The notes under the pieces: model-generated
Seen by the model: the letters and a program-made list of their open reading frames with translations, nothing else
The model's database searches: none
What the model was told of the DNA's origin: nothing
Origin: a virus
DNA: 64,000 bases
Direction: 5' to 3' (one strand)
Virus record (IMG/VR): IMGVR_UViG_3300045988_019905
Part shown: positions 1 to 7,808 of the stretch, in pieces
How the letters are laid out: every line of letters begins with the position of its first letter
Numbering within the stretch: the stretch's first letter is position 1
Program-made: the position numbers and the translations under genes

Positions 1-25
1 ACTAACTAAATAAATTAATATTGCT

Positions 26-646
26 ATGGCAGAATTGAAAGATGGTAAAGCAGCCGAAAATGCTAAGGAAAATCCTATTGTTGAAGAAGTAATTGGTGGT
101 GGTGAACCTACTAATGAAGACAAAGGTGTCGTTGTGTCTAAGATTAAGACTAATAAGCAGGTAGTTGCAGAGCTTCTTGCTAAAGGTTGTAATAAGATTA
201 CTGGAATCCGTGTTCGCAGTAGTATTGTTACACCTAAAGACAACTATGTTATGGTTAGTCTAAGTCTCGAACGTGGTATTCCTGGATATGTGTCTGATGG
301 CGAAGGTGTATTTACTAAAGGTGAAACTGCTACTGTATTTGCTTCATCTTATAGTATTGCATCCGTTCTTAAGGATAATGATGAAACAGCTTGGGCTGCT
401 AATCAACTTATCCAGAATCCTAAAGGTCTTGAGGTGATACTTGCCGGTGCTAAAGTTGACCTTGTTCAAGAAGAAGTTGCTGCGGATGAAATCTATAAGA
501 ATCCGTTCAGTAGTTCTGATGTTGATGGTCAGTCTCTTGGTCATGATACTATTATCAATCATGTTGTTAAGATTGAGATATGTCAAAAGGCTAAGCAAAT
601 GCTGAATATGCTGGCGATGAACATGATGGGAATCGGTGGGTTCTAA
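26..646 (+). CDS. hypothetical protein (206 aa)
   Basis: Uninterrupted ORF with ATG at 26, co-directional with the whole left arm. No diagnostic motifs seen. Confidence 0.55.
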   Translation: MAELKDGKAAENAKENPIVEEVIGGGEPTNEDKGVVVSKIKTNKQVVAELLAKGCNKITGIRVRSSIVTPKDNYVMVSLSLERGIPGYVSDGEGVFTKGETATVFASSYSIASVLKDNDETAWAANQLIQNPKGLEVILAGAKVDLVQEEVAADEIYKNPFSSSDVDGQSLGHDTIINHVVKIEICQKAKQMLNMLAMNMMGIGGF

Positions 647-843
647 TGAACAAATATTATGAGAGTTGGTAGACGTGGTTCTACTGACTCTTGTGATATG
701 AAACATCACACAGTTCTACCTCGTAGTGCTGATAAGTGTACAGTCACATATATAATATAATTACTGCTACTAATAAAAGTGCTATTCGACTTGGTGGTTT
801 ATCTGAATTTAACACTATACCACTAAATAAAAGTACTGTATAA

Positions 844-875
844 TTTGGTAGTTAGAAATAGTATTATTATGTTTG
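844..875 (+). promoter_or_regulatory. Bacteroidota-type sigma-A promoter candidate
   Basis: TTTG (844-847), 20 nt spacer, TATGTTTG (868-875). This matches the -33 TTTG / -7 TAnnTTTG consensus. It lies about 68 nt upstream of ATG 943. Confidence 0.45.
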
Positions 876-942
876 TCATATAAGAGTTGGTAATGCTGCT
901 GCTAATCCAACTAATATTGTTAATATTAAAATAGTTCGAACT

Positions 943-1527
943 ATGGTAAAATTGAAAGAGGATGGTACTGCTCCTGTAAGTAAGTACGCTGCTAAGAAAG
1001 CTGCTCGCGCGACTAAGAAAGAAGATGCTCAACCTAAAGTAGAGGAAACTAAGGTTGAAGAATCTAAAGTTGAAACGAAAGTAGAAGATACTAAGCAAGA
1101 AGTTGCTCAACAAGCTGCTCCTGCTGTTGCTACTACTGCTCCTGCTCCTAAGGCTAATACTGAAAAAGCTAAGCCTAAAACTGTTGTTGGTAAAGAGAAA
1201 CGTGAAATTAATGTTGATGTTCCTGAACATATCCTTGAGATAGCGTATATCCCTAAAGATAATGCTGCTATTCGTAGATATACCAGCCTCAACATTCTTA
1301 ATCATCTTTCACAAACCGGTGTTATTCGTAAAGATGGTAAAGGTAACTTTGTGAAGTTTCTTTGGAATAAATTCAGAGTTAGTTCTGATGGTATTATCAA
1401 AGAATATTCTTACCGTGAACAGTTCTTTCTAACTGCTCTTATTAGTGCATTTAGTCAATTCGCTTCTAATGCGCAAGAAACTATTGCTACTTTTATGGAG
1501 AAAGAAGGGATTGAGGAGATTAAATAA
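943..1527 (+). CDS. hypothetical protein with Lys/Glu/Ala-rich N-terminal half (194 aa)
   Basis: ORF. The N-terminus has a low-complexity KVE repeat (EETKVEESKVETKVEDTK) and an Ala/Pro linker. The C-terminal half looks globular. Confidence 0.6.
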   Translation: MVKLKEDGTAPVSKYAAKKAARATKKEDAQPKVEETKVEESKVETKVEDTKQEVAQQAAPAVATTAPAPKANTEKAKPKTVVGKEKREINVDVPEHILEIAYIPKDNAAIRRYTSLNILNHLSQTGVIRKDGKGNFVKFLWNKFRVSSDGIIKEYSYREQFFLTALISAFSQFASNAQETIATFMEKEGIEEIK

Positions 1528-1535
1528 GTAGTGGT

Positions 1536-1558
1536 GCGCCCCGTAGAGGATGTGTAGG
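1536..1558 (+). repeat. GC-rich dispersed motif copy (intergenic)
   Basis: GCGCCCCGTAGAGGATGTGTAGG. Contains the exact 8-mer CCCCGTAG. Confidence 0.85.
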
Positions 1559-1580
1559 AATATAATCCTATTCATCCTCT
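1545..1580 (+). other. stem-loop built on the motif arm
   Basis: AGAGGATG (1545-1552) pairs with CATCCTCT (1573-1580). An inner TAGGA (1555-1559) pairs with TCCTA (1566-1570). It lies between the stop at 1527 and ATG 1600. Confidence 0.6.
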
Positions 1581-1599
1581 GCCTAATAAGCCAAACATT

Positions 1600-1779
1600 A
1601 TGTCTAAAGTTACATATATTAAAACTAAAGACAAACATGAAGATACATCTATCGAACAAGGTGTAGATGTTCATGCTGAACTACTTAATAATGATATTGA
1701 TGAACTTGCTAAAGCTGAAGAGCAAGACATTGATGATAATTATGACTTCGGCGAAGACGATTTTGGTTATTTAAAATAA
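1600..1779 (+). CDS. small acidic protein (59 aa, below the ORF-track cutoff)
   Basis: ATG 1600 to TAA 1777-1779, translated by hand: MSKVTYIKTKDKHEDTSIEQGVDVHAELLNNDIDELAKAEEQDIDDNYDFGEDDFGYLK. It fills an otherwise empty gap in the same direction. Confidence 0.4.
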   Translation: MSKVTYIKTKDKHEDTSIEQGVDVHAELLNNDIDELAKAEEQDIDDNYDFGEDDFGYLK

Positions 1780-1794
1780 TAAGGAGATAAAGAT

Positions 1795-2331
1795 ATGAAA
1801 TCTAAAATAGTAGATATTGAAGGAATTGGTAAAGGTCTTATGATTAAGCTTGAACGTGATGGTGGTAAAGATTTGATTGAACAACTCAAGGCTGCTGTTG
1901 GCGCTGCTATGGAAGCTGAAGCTGAATCGGAAGAAGAACGTGACCGTGAACGTGCTCATGACTATATGATTGATCTTATCGAAACAGTTACTAAAGCTGC
2001 TAAAGATAGCAATGTGTCAGTTGCAGAATTTCTTGCTCATCAGAAAGATGATGCTCTTAGGGATGATGATATTGAATGTTTCTGTCCTACTTGTATGGTA
2101 AAAGCTATCGAGACTATTACTCCGGAAGATATTGCCAAGTATGGTAAAGAAACTGTTGTTCTTGTTTGTGAAACTGTTCATGCAGTTATGAAGAGCCAAC
2201 TTTCTGCACTTGATAAAAGATATGCCAACAAGATGCGTTCTATTGAAGATAACAAAGAACGTAAAGGTAAATCTTATGAAGATATGTCGCGTGAGGAACT
2301 TATTGCGGAGTTGACGAAGCATAAGAAATAA
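1795..2331 (+). CDS. hypothetical protein (178 aa)
   Basis: ORF. AAGGAG (1781-1786) lies 8 nt upstream of the ATG. The sequence is acidic and predicted helical. Confidence 0.6.
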   Translation: MKSKIVDIEGIGKGLMIKLERDGGKDLIEQLKAAVGAAMEAEAESEEERDRERAHDYMIDLIETVTKAAKDSNVSVAEFLAHQKDDALRDDDIECFCPTCMVKAIETITPEDIAKYGKETVVLVCETVHAVMKSQLSALDKRYANKMRSIEDNKERKGKSYEDMSREELIAELTKHKK

Positions 2332-2365
2332 GAGCTTTTTTATCCTGTAATAATTAAACATGATG

Positions 2366-2397
2366 TAGTAGTGTTACTTGTGAAAGTAGCACTACTA
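2366..2397 (+). other. hairpin carrying the 11-mer CTTGTGAAAGT
   Basis: TAGTAGTG-T-TACT / AGTA-G-CACTACTA arms. The 11-mer is at 2377-2387. It lies 35 nt after the stop at 2331, so it may be a terminator or an operator. Confidence 0.5.
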
Positions 2398-2439
2398 ATT
2401 TTAACTCACATACTGATGATGGATGAAATGAAGTCCGAA

Positions 2440-2455
2440 ACTATAATATTATAGT
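2440..2455. promoter_or_regulatory. perfect 16-bp palindrome ACTATAATATTATAGT
   Basis: Read directly from the sequence. It lies between the two CTTGTGAAAGT hairpins in a 240-nt non-coding gap. Confidence 0.5.
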
Positions 2456-2498
2456 CTATGTGTGAAACAAAACTTTTCAAACTCAACTTTAGAATATG

Positions 2499-2528
2499 CC
2501 TTATATTGCTTGTGAAAGTGGTATAAGG
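2499..2528 (+). other. second hairpin carrying CTTGTGAAAGT
   Basis: CCTTATA (2499-2505) pairs with TATAAGG (2522-2528). The same 11-mer sits at 2509-2519. Confidence 0.5.
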
Positions 2529-2573
2529 CTTTGTTGTTTAAAACTTATTGTTAAACTTAAATATAGATTTTAT

Positions 2574-2846
2574 ATGGATAATATTGCTGATATTGAAGCA
2601 TCTATTGCTGAAGAAAGATTTATAGAAGATAATGCTTTATTTAAATGTGGTCAACGTGTGCATACATGGTTGAATGATAAACTTGTTGTTGGTATTATTG
2701 TTGATATAGATACTGATGGTGAAGAACATATAGTTTATGATGTAAATGTTGGTACAAGAGTGCTGCATTTCATTCCAGAGTATATGCTGATAACGGACAG
2801 TATCACAGCCGTAGATGCGGTTCTTTTGCCCACCATGCCATTTTGA
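2574..2846 (+). CDS. hypothetical protein (90 aa)
   Basis: The track ORF starts at 2496, inside a hairpin. ATG 2574 (MDNIADIE...) is the more plausible start. The last 14 codons overlap the conserved element R2-A. Confidence 0.45.
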   Translation: MDNIADIEASIAEERFIEDNALFKCGQRVHTWLNDKLVVGIIVDIDTDGEEHIVYDVNVGTRVLHFIPEYMLITDSITAVDAVLLPTMPF

Positions 2847-2909
2847 TATATCAGATGATTAATTGTATTAGTCAGACAGAAAGTGTCAAATTGAGCCTTA
2901 AAATGCCTG
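2804..2909 (+). repeat. R2-A: 106-nt conserved intergenic element, full copy
   Basis: CACAGCCGTAGATGCGG...GATTAATTGTATTA...CAGAAAGTGTCAAATTGAGCCTTAAAATGCCTG. Ungapped alignment to R2-E gives about 64 percent identity (hand count) with long identical blocks. It ends 24 nt before ATG 2934. Confidence 0.75.
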
Positions 2910-2933
2910 TTTAATTATATAATATTATATTTT

Positions 2934-3488
2934 ATGGATAATGTAGAATCTTATTTTCTTAGTGCTATTGATAGAATACTTGGTAAAGGTATTATTCGTA
3001 AGAATAGCGGTGCTGCGGATGTAGTTAATATGCTACATATTCGTTATGGTGTTTGTGTAGAGATAATGTGGTATCCTAATATTGGCAAATGGTGTCCTAA
3101 TGTTAGAACTATTGCATTTGAACCTCGTAATGTTGATAAGAGAGAACTTACTAACAATATAAGTCTTCTTGCTGAACTTTATAAGAGTTTTAGAGATGAT
3201 AATTATTATAAAGCTCTTAATGCTGGTATTCGTATTGCAGAGTTATATGTGATTAAACAACTTATTTATCGTAAAGATGAACAAATGAATAGTTTAATCC
3301 ATGACCAAGTTAAATACGAACGCATTACTGAACTTCTTGATAAATGTGATAATAGTTATATTCGTTTAGGACTTGAAGATAGAATTGATGACCAAGTTAC
3401 TCAAGAATATCTTGATGGTTCTATATACGAACATTTAACCAAATTCATTAATACTTATGGGTACACGACGACCATCAATGAAATATAG
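2934..3488 (+). CDS. hypothetical protein (184 aa)
   Basis: ORF directly downstream of R2-A. Confidence 0.6.
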   Translation: MDNVESYFLSAIDRILGKGIIRKNSGAADVVNMLHIRYGVCVEIMWYPNIGKWCPNVRTIAFEPRNVDKRELTNNISLLAELYKSFRDDNYYKALNAGIRIAELYVIKQLIYRKDEQMNSLIHDQVKYERITELLDKCDNSYIRLGLEDRIDDQVTQEYLDGSIYEHLTKFINTYGYTTTINEI

Positions 3489-4014
3489 AGATAACATCAA
3501 TGGTGTTCATGTCTATGATGTTGTAAGAATTGGGCGAGGTTATTTCAAAGAAAAACTTGCTATTTGTACTTGGGTAGATTTCTTAAAGCGAGAACTAAAA
3601 CTTAAAGTTATTGATAATGGTATTGATATTACTCTTAATAAGAATAGTGTTGATTTCTGTTATCATAATACTAAGACTGCTGCTAAACAATGGTTTGAAG
3701 TTATAGAACATAACTGTGCCAAGAATGCGAAGAATTGGTCAGATATTAAATATATCAGAGAACATTGGCATGATTTGCTTGCTATAAATAATTATTCTGC
3801 AAGAGCTATTGCTAAAATTGCTGAAGTCCATAGAAGAGATGATGATGCTTATTTAGAATGGCTTGAATACTACCGTAGACCTCTTGATGTTATATTTGCT
3901 TATCCTGATGTCGAGTTTTGTGATATTCTTATTAAAGATTTGGCAAGACATGAATGTAAGGAGTTTAGAGAAGATATTGTTAGAAAAATACATAACGCTG
4001 CGTGGAAAATTTAA
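3478..4014 (+). CDS. hypothetical protein (about 178 aa)
   Basis: The ORF is open from 3457. ATG 3478 overlaps the upstream stop (ATGAAATATAG). The start is uncertain (3457 or 3478). Confidence 0.55.
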   Translation: MKYRDNINGVHVYDVVRIGRGYFKEKLAICTWVDFLKRELKLKVIDNGIDITLNKNSVDFCYHNTKTAAKQWFEVIEHNCAKNAKNWSDIKYIREHWHDLLAINNYSARAIAKIAEVHRRDDDAYLEWLEYYRRPLDVIFAYPDVEFCDILIKDLARHECKEFREDIVRKIHNAAWKI

Positions 4015-4259
4015 TTTGGATTATGGTTCTTGTTATAGCATTGTTGATTGTTGATATTATTATGCTAAGACAACGTGTATATAAATTACAAGAACAACTT
4101 AACGAAGCTCTAAAGAGTCAAGCTAATCTTAAACAACAAGTTCTTAATCTTGCTAATAATGTTCTTAAAAGTGCTGAACATATAAAGACTTTAAGTGATA
4201 ATGTTAAGAGAATTGTTGATGTAGTTCATGAACATATTATTGGTAATAATGGTAAGTGA
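4002..4259 (+). CDS. small membrane-anchored coiled-coil protein (85 aa)
   Basis: Hydrophobic N-terminus IWIMVLVIALLIVDIIML, followed by a heptad-like QEQLNEALKSQANLKQQVLNL. Confidence 0.5.
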   Translation: MENLIWIMVLVIALLIVDIIMLRQRVYKLQEQLNEALKSQANLKQQVLNLANNVLKSAEHIKTLSDNVKRIVDVVHEHIIGNNGK

Positions 4260-4283
4260 GCTGGTATAGGTTGTATTCATTCT

Positions 4284-4305
4284 CATCCTCTACGGGCGGC
4301 GGAGG
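4284..4305 (-). repeat. GC-rich dispersed motif copy (intergenic, degenerate C-run)
   Basis: CATCCTCTACGGGCGGCGGAGG on the given strand. Confidence 0.65.
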
Positions 4306-4316
4306 CACATAGTGCC
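4304..4316. other. short GC hairpin with a 3-nt loop next to the motif
   Basis: GGCAC-ATA-GTGCC. Confidence 0.5.
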
Positions 4317-4338
4317 GACCATATTAATACAAATCATT

Positions 4339-4497
4339 ATGGACGAGATTATCTTGTTGATTATATGTATTCTTCTTATTCTTGCTATTCATGTTATAGA
4401 AGAATTTAAGTTCATTAAGTATATTACTCTTAATAGAGCTATTATTGCTGATTGTATAATTTGTGCTATTTATTTATTACTTAATATATTTATATAA
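4339..4497 (+). CDS. small hydrophobic protein (52 aa)
   Basis: The track ORF starts at GTG 4312, inside the hairpin. ATG 4339 gives MDEIILLIICILLILAIHVIEEFK..., with two hydrophobic segments. Confidence 0.35.
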   Translation: MDEIILLIICILLILAIHVIEEFKFIKYITLNRAIIADCIICAIYLLLNIFI

Positions 4498-4505
4498 ATA
4501 ATAAT

Positions 4506-4766
4506 ATGGAAAATAAAGCTAAAGCTGGTATTATTGAAATATTAGATAATAACTCTAAGATTATAGGATATATTGCTGTTGATACTCAAACTGCAGTTGA
4601 TGTAGTTGGTACTATAGGTGAATCTATTACTAAATTAAGTAATGATAATATTACTATTAATCTTAATACTGCTGATTTAGACGATGACAAAATGTCTGTC
4701 GCTCGTCGTTTGCTTAATAAATGTAGTCGTCTTTATAATGATATGATAGACGAAAATAAAGTTTAA
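4506..4766 (+). CDS. hypothetical protein (86 aa)
   Basis: ORF, co-directional. Confidence 0.5.
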   Translation: MENKAKAGIIEILDNNSKIIGYIAVDTQTAVDVVGTIGESITKLSNDNITINLNTADLDDDKMSVARRLLNKCSRLYNDMIDENKV

Positions 4767-4792
4767 ATTACAAATCATTAAACGTGTAAAGT

Positions 4793-5116
4793 ATGGGAAA
4801 ATATGATGAAGCGGTTGTAGTTAAAGAACTGGGTAGAAACCCTGCTGTAACCTTCAACGGTAAAACGATTAGTGTTGTGAAAAACACAAGTCTTATTGGT
4901 AATAGTTTTTGGGGAAGAATTGATTTCCTTACCAAATACTGTGGTTATACGCTTATTCAAGTGGACTTGGATGAACAACGAGCTGCTAAAATTGCTGAAC
5001 AAGAAGCAAAGAAAGCTGCTAAAGCTGCTGCTAAGGCTGAACGAAGAAAAGGTAAAGTAGACCTTATTGGTGCTGTTCGGTCGAATCTTACTAAAGGTAA
5101 ATTTAACAGAAAGTAA
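4793..5116 (+). CDS. hypothetical protein with Lys/Ala-rich C-terminus (107 aa)
   Basis: ORF. The tail reads AAKIAEQEAKKAAKAAAKAERRKGK. Confidence 0.55.
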   Translation: MGKYDEAVVVKELGRNPAVTFNGKTISVVKNTSLIGNSFWGRIDFLTKYCGYTLIQVDLDEQRAAKIAEQEAKKAAKAAAKAERRKGKVDLIGAVRSNLTKGKFNRK

Positions 5117-5122
5117 TATGTT

Positions 5123-5596
5123 ATGCCTACCTTTAAAGTGTCTTTTGGACTTAGTGCTAAATCTAAAAGACAAAAAGTAAGTAGCAAATATATTGTTGTA
5201 GAGACTAAATGTGATGGTATATTATGTATAGATAAAGAGGGAATTTATAGAGTTAAATACAAGGATAAAATGTATCCTCTTACTACTGAATCTTACGAGA
5301 CGCGAAATAAACGAGTTATATATGCTCGATGGCTTGATACTTATGGTCATAGAATTAAGATTATTCGTGACAGAGATAGTAGAAAAGCTACTGATATTAA
5401 ACATTATTGCGCTATTGCTCCTGGTCTATTAGCTCGTGGTAAACTTGTTAAAACAGCATTTAGTCCTATTATGTTCCATGTCGTAACGTGTTATAACGTT
5501 GCTGATGTTGAGGGTATGTCTCTTGCTTTTAATGAGTGGAGAGATTATGAGAAAAGAATTAAAAATGGTGAACTTGATATTGAAAATGAATTGTAA
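5123..5596 (+). CDS. hypothetical protein (157 aa)
   Basis: ORF. Its stop overlaps the next start (TAATG). Confidence 0.55.
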   Translation: MPTFKVSFGLSAKSKRQKVSSKYIVVETKCDGILCIDKEGIYRVKYKDKMYPLTTESYETRNKRVIYARWLDTYGHRIKIIRDRDSRKATDIKHYCAIAPGLLARGKLVKTAFSPIMFHVVTCYNVADVEGMSLAFNEWRDYEKRIKNGELDIENEL

Positions 5597-7050
5597 TGAA
5601 TGTATATGGTGAAAATAACAAGAGTAATGTTACTTTTACCAATGACCAAGCTGATGCAGTTGATGACTTAATTAGTTTTATAGCTGCTCCGTGGTCTGAT
5701 ACTGATTATGTTCATGCACTTTGTGGAGCTGGTGGTACTGGTAAAACTTTTGTTACTAAATATGTGATTCAGAATTGCAAATTTAGTTCAAGTGTTATTG
5801 CTTGTGCTGCACCAACTCACAAGGCGTGTAGAGTATTCAGTAATGCTATTGGTGGTAAGTCTGTCGATACTATTCAATCTATGTTTGGTTTTAGACTTGA
5901 TGTAGATATAGAAGATTTCGACCCTGAAAAACCAGCTTTTAATCCTATTGGTAATATTAAGATTCTTGATAAAGAAATAAGAGTTCTTATCATAGATGAA
6001 TCTTCTATGCTTAATGGAAAGCTGGTTAACTATATTAATAAACTTTGTAAGAAGCATCATATTAAGATTATTTATATTGGAGATGCAAGTCAGCTTCCTC
6101 CGGTTAATGAAAAAGTTAGTCGTGCGTTTACTATCGCAACTCGTGTTAACTATCTTAATGAGACTGTTCGACAAGGTGATAATAATCCTATTAGTAATCT
6201 TCTTGATATTCTTCGTAATGATATTAGTCGTGGACGATATGATATGCTTAATTATATAGCTAATCCTAAGAATAAAAGCCAATATAATGAGCGTGGTTGT
6301 GGATATACTGTTTGTAGTCCTCAAGAATTTGATTATCATATCGAACAAGCATTTACTAATGAAGAATATACTAAGAATGTTGATATGTATAAGATTATTG
6401 CTTATACTAATGCTCGTGTTACACAATGGAATAACTATGTTAGAAAATCCATTATAAAAGGTGCTGACAAGAACATTATTACAAAGAATGACCTTATAAT
6501 GTCTTATGCTACTATTGTTGATGATTTTAGTGATATTATTATAAATAATAGTGAAGAGTATATTATACATGATATAACTGATTTTCAAGACCCGACTCAT
6601 GACTTTAAATGTTTCATGGTTAAATTTCAAGCTATTCATGGTGGTAAGATAACTCAACCTCTTTGCATTATTGACCACGAAGATAAATTCACTATTAATC
6701 TTTATTTTAATAAGCTGAATAATCTTATTAATGATGCTAAGATTGCTACTGGTTCTACTCGTGCTTCTAAATGGAAAGAATATTATAGATTTAAACGGAA
6801 ATATCTACTTGCTAATAATATACTTAATACTTATGGTAAAGTATTGTTTTCTCGTGATATTGATTATGGATTTGCTATAACTTCTCATAAAAGTCAAGGT
6901 TCAACTTATAATACAGTATTTGTTGATGTTAATGATATGGTTTATGATAAGTATGGACATCCATATACAAATCAAGATGAACTACTCCGTAGATTATACG
7001 TTGCTTGTAGTAGACCGTCAACCGAATTATTTTTGTGCTATGGGAGATAA
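5596..7050 (+). CDS. SF1B DNA helicase (Dda/RecD/Pif1-like)
   Basis: Walker A LCGAGGTGKTF. Motif II LIIDESSML. ITSHKSQGSTYNTVFVD and YVACSRPSTELF are typical of SF1B helicase C-terminal motifs. Confidence 0.85.
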   Translation: MNVYGENNKSNVTFTNDQADAVDDLISFIAAPWSDTDYVHALCGAGGTGKTFVTKYVIQNCKFSSSVIACAAPTHKACRVFSNAIGGKSVDTIQSMFGFRLDVDIEDFDPEKPAFNPIGNIKILDKEIRVLIIDESSMLNGKLVNYINKLCKKHHIKIIYIGDASQLPPVNEKVSRAFTIATRVNYLNETVRQGDNNPISNLLDILRNDISRGRYDMLNYIANPKNKSQYNERGCGYTVCSPQEFDYHIEQAFTNEEYTKNVDMYKIIAYTNARVTQWNNYVRKSIIKGADKNIITKNDLIMSYATIVDDFSDIIINNSEEYIIHDITDFQDPTHDFKCFMVKFQAIHGGKITQPLCIIDHEDKFTINLYFNKLNNLINDAKIATGSTRASKWKEYYRFKRKYLLANNILNTYGKVLFSRDIDYGFAITSHKSQGSTYNTVFVDVNDMVYDKYGHPYTNQDELLRRLYVACSRPSTELFLCYGR

Positions 7051-7342
7051 AATTGATGAAGCTCGTAAATTTGCCATTAAACATAAAGGCAAACCTTGCG
7101 AATTTGATAAAGCAACTAATAATAGAGAACATGGACGTATTGTAGGATATAATACGAGAAATGCTCTTATTATTGTTAGAGTTCATAAAGATTTTGGATG
7201 GCGTGGAATGGATGAGCCGGAAGATATTCTTGTTTATACAAGATTTAAAATAGATAGATATTCATTCTATTATGTACATCCTGAAAATCTTATTATAAAT
7301 GAAAGTAGCTTGTCAAAATTGTCCAGCAAGACTTCTAAATGA
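7040..7342 (+). CDS. hypothetical protein (100 aa)
   Basis: The track ORF is open from 6920, inside the helicase gene. ATG 7040 (MGDKIDEARKF...) overlaps the helicase stop. Confidence 0.45.
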   Translation: MGDKIDEARKFAIKHKGKPCEFDKATNNREHGRIVGYNTRNALIIVRVHKDFGWRGMDEPEDILVYTRFKIDRYSFYYVHPENLIINESSLSKLSSKTSK

Positions 7343-7793
7343 AGATAAAGTTATATTTAATGATATAGGAAATAGTATTGCAAATGCTATGTTTGTGATT
7401 CCACAACATAATGAAGGTGCAGTTAACGATATTATTAGAATATATAATCGTGCATCTAATAAAGTATTTGAAGAACATTGTCTACTTTCCTGTGCTGTTA
7501 AATGTAAACTTGGTAACGATTATAAAGTGTTTGATAGTTCAGTTATTCAATGTAAACGTATCTTCTTTGAAGTTTGGCGTTTTGGTTATTATCGACATAC
7601 ATTTATATTTGGAGATGCATATAGATTATTTTATGATGCTAAACCTAATACTAATGATGTCGATTTTGTATTGGATAATCTTAATTATCATTTACACTTT
7701 TATCCTTCTCTTGGAATTAAACACTATAATGTGGATAAATATAATAGTTTACTTAGGCGTTTGTCTAATGATATTGTAACTTATAATGTTTAG
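7299..7793 (+). CDS. hypothetical protein, possibly a diverged UDG-fold protein (164 aa)
   Basis: The N-terminal CQNCPARLL...IGNSIANAMFVIPQ and C-terminal HLHFYPSLG loosely resemble family-4 uracil-DNA glycosylase motif layout (CxxCxL...GExPG...HPS), but the catalytic residues are not conserved. It sits next to polB. The functional call is tentative. Confidence 0.35.
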   Translation: MKVACQNCPARLLNEDKVIFNDIGNSIANAMFVIPQHNEGAVNDIIRIYNRASNKVFEEHCLLSCAVKCKLGNDYKVFDSSVIQCKRIFFEVWRFGYYRHTFIFGDAYRLFYDAKPNTNDVDFVLDNLNYHLHFYPSLGIKHYNVDKYNSLLRRLSNDIVTYNV

Positions 7794-7808
7794 AATAACA
7801 ATGAAATA

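Noticed and set aside
662-891. Recurrent (A/T)TTGGT(A/G)G strings (662-671, 791-797, 844-851, 882-891) as possible iterons, and a 33-aa ORF at 659-760.
   Set aside because: The repeats are short and imperfect, and one of them is explained as the -33 TTTG of the promoter candidate. The small ORF overlaps a GGTAGA...TCTACC / TGTGAT...ATCACA stem-loop region and has no supporting features.
2786-2846. Peptide-level similarity between the C-terminus of ORF 2574-2846 (TAVDAVLLPTMPF) and a translation of R2-B (VPVDATLLPVMAF). This might suggest a duplicated coding segment or a pseudogene.
   Set aside because: The nucleotide alignment upstream of this block needs a 5-nt indel (31 versus 36 nt between GCTGAT and GTAGAT). 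The R2-B frame has no start codon. R2-E shares the element on the other arm with no such ORF. The conservation is therefore at the nucleotide level.
5788-6678. A 296-aa ORF on the - strand inside the helicase gene. Similar long antisense or off-frame ORFs occur at, for example, 8733-9551 (-), 14778-15326 (-), 22711-23394 (-), 27147-27983 (+), 42916-43437 (+) and 50635-51444 (+).
   Set aside because: They are Ile/Asn/Lys/Phe/Ser-rich low-complexity translations antisense to genes with clear enzymatic motifs. This is the expected artefact of stop-poor antisense frames in AT-rich DNA.
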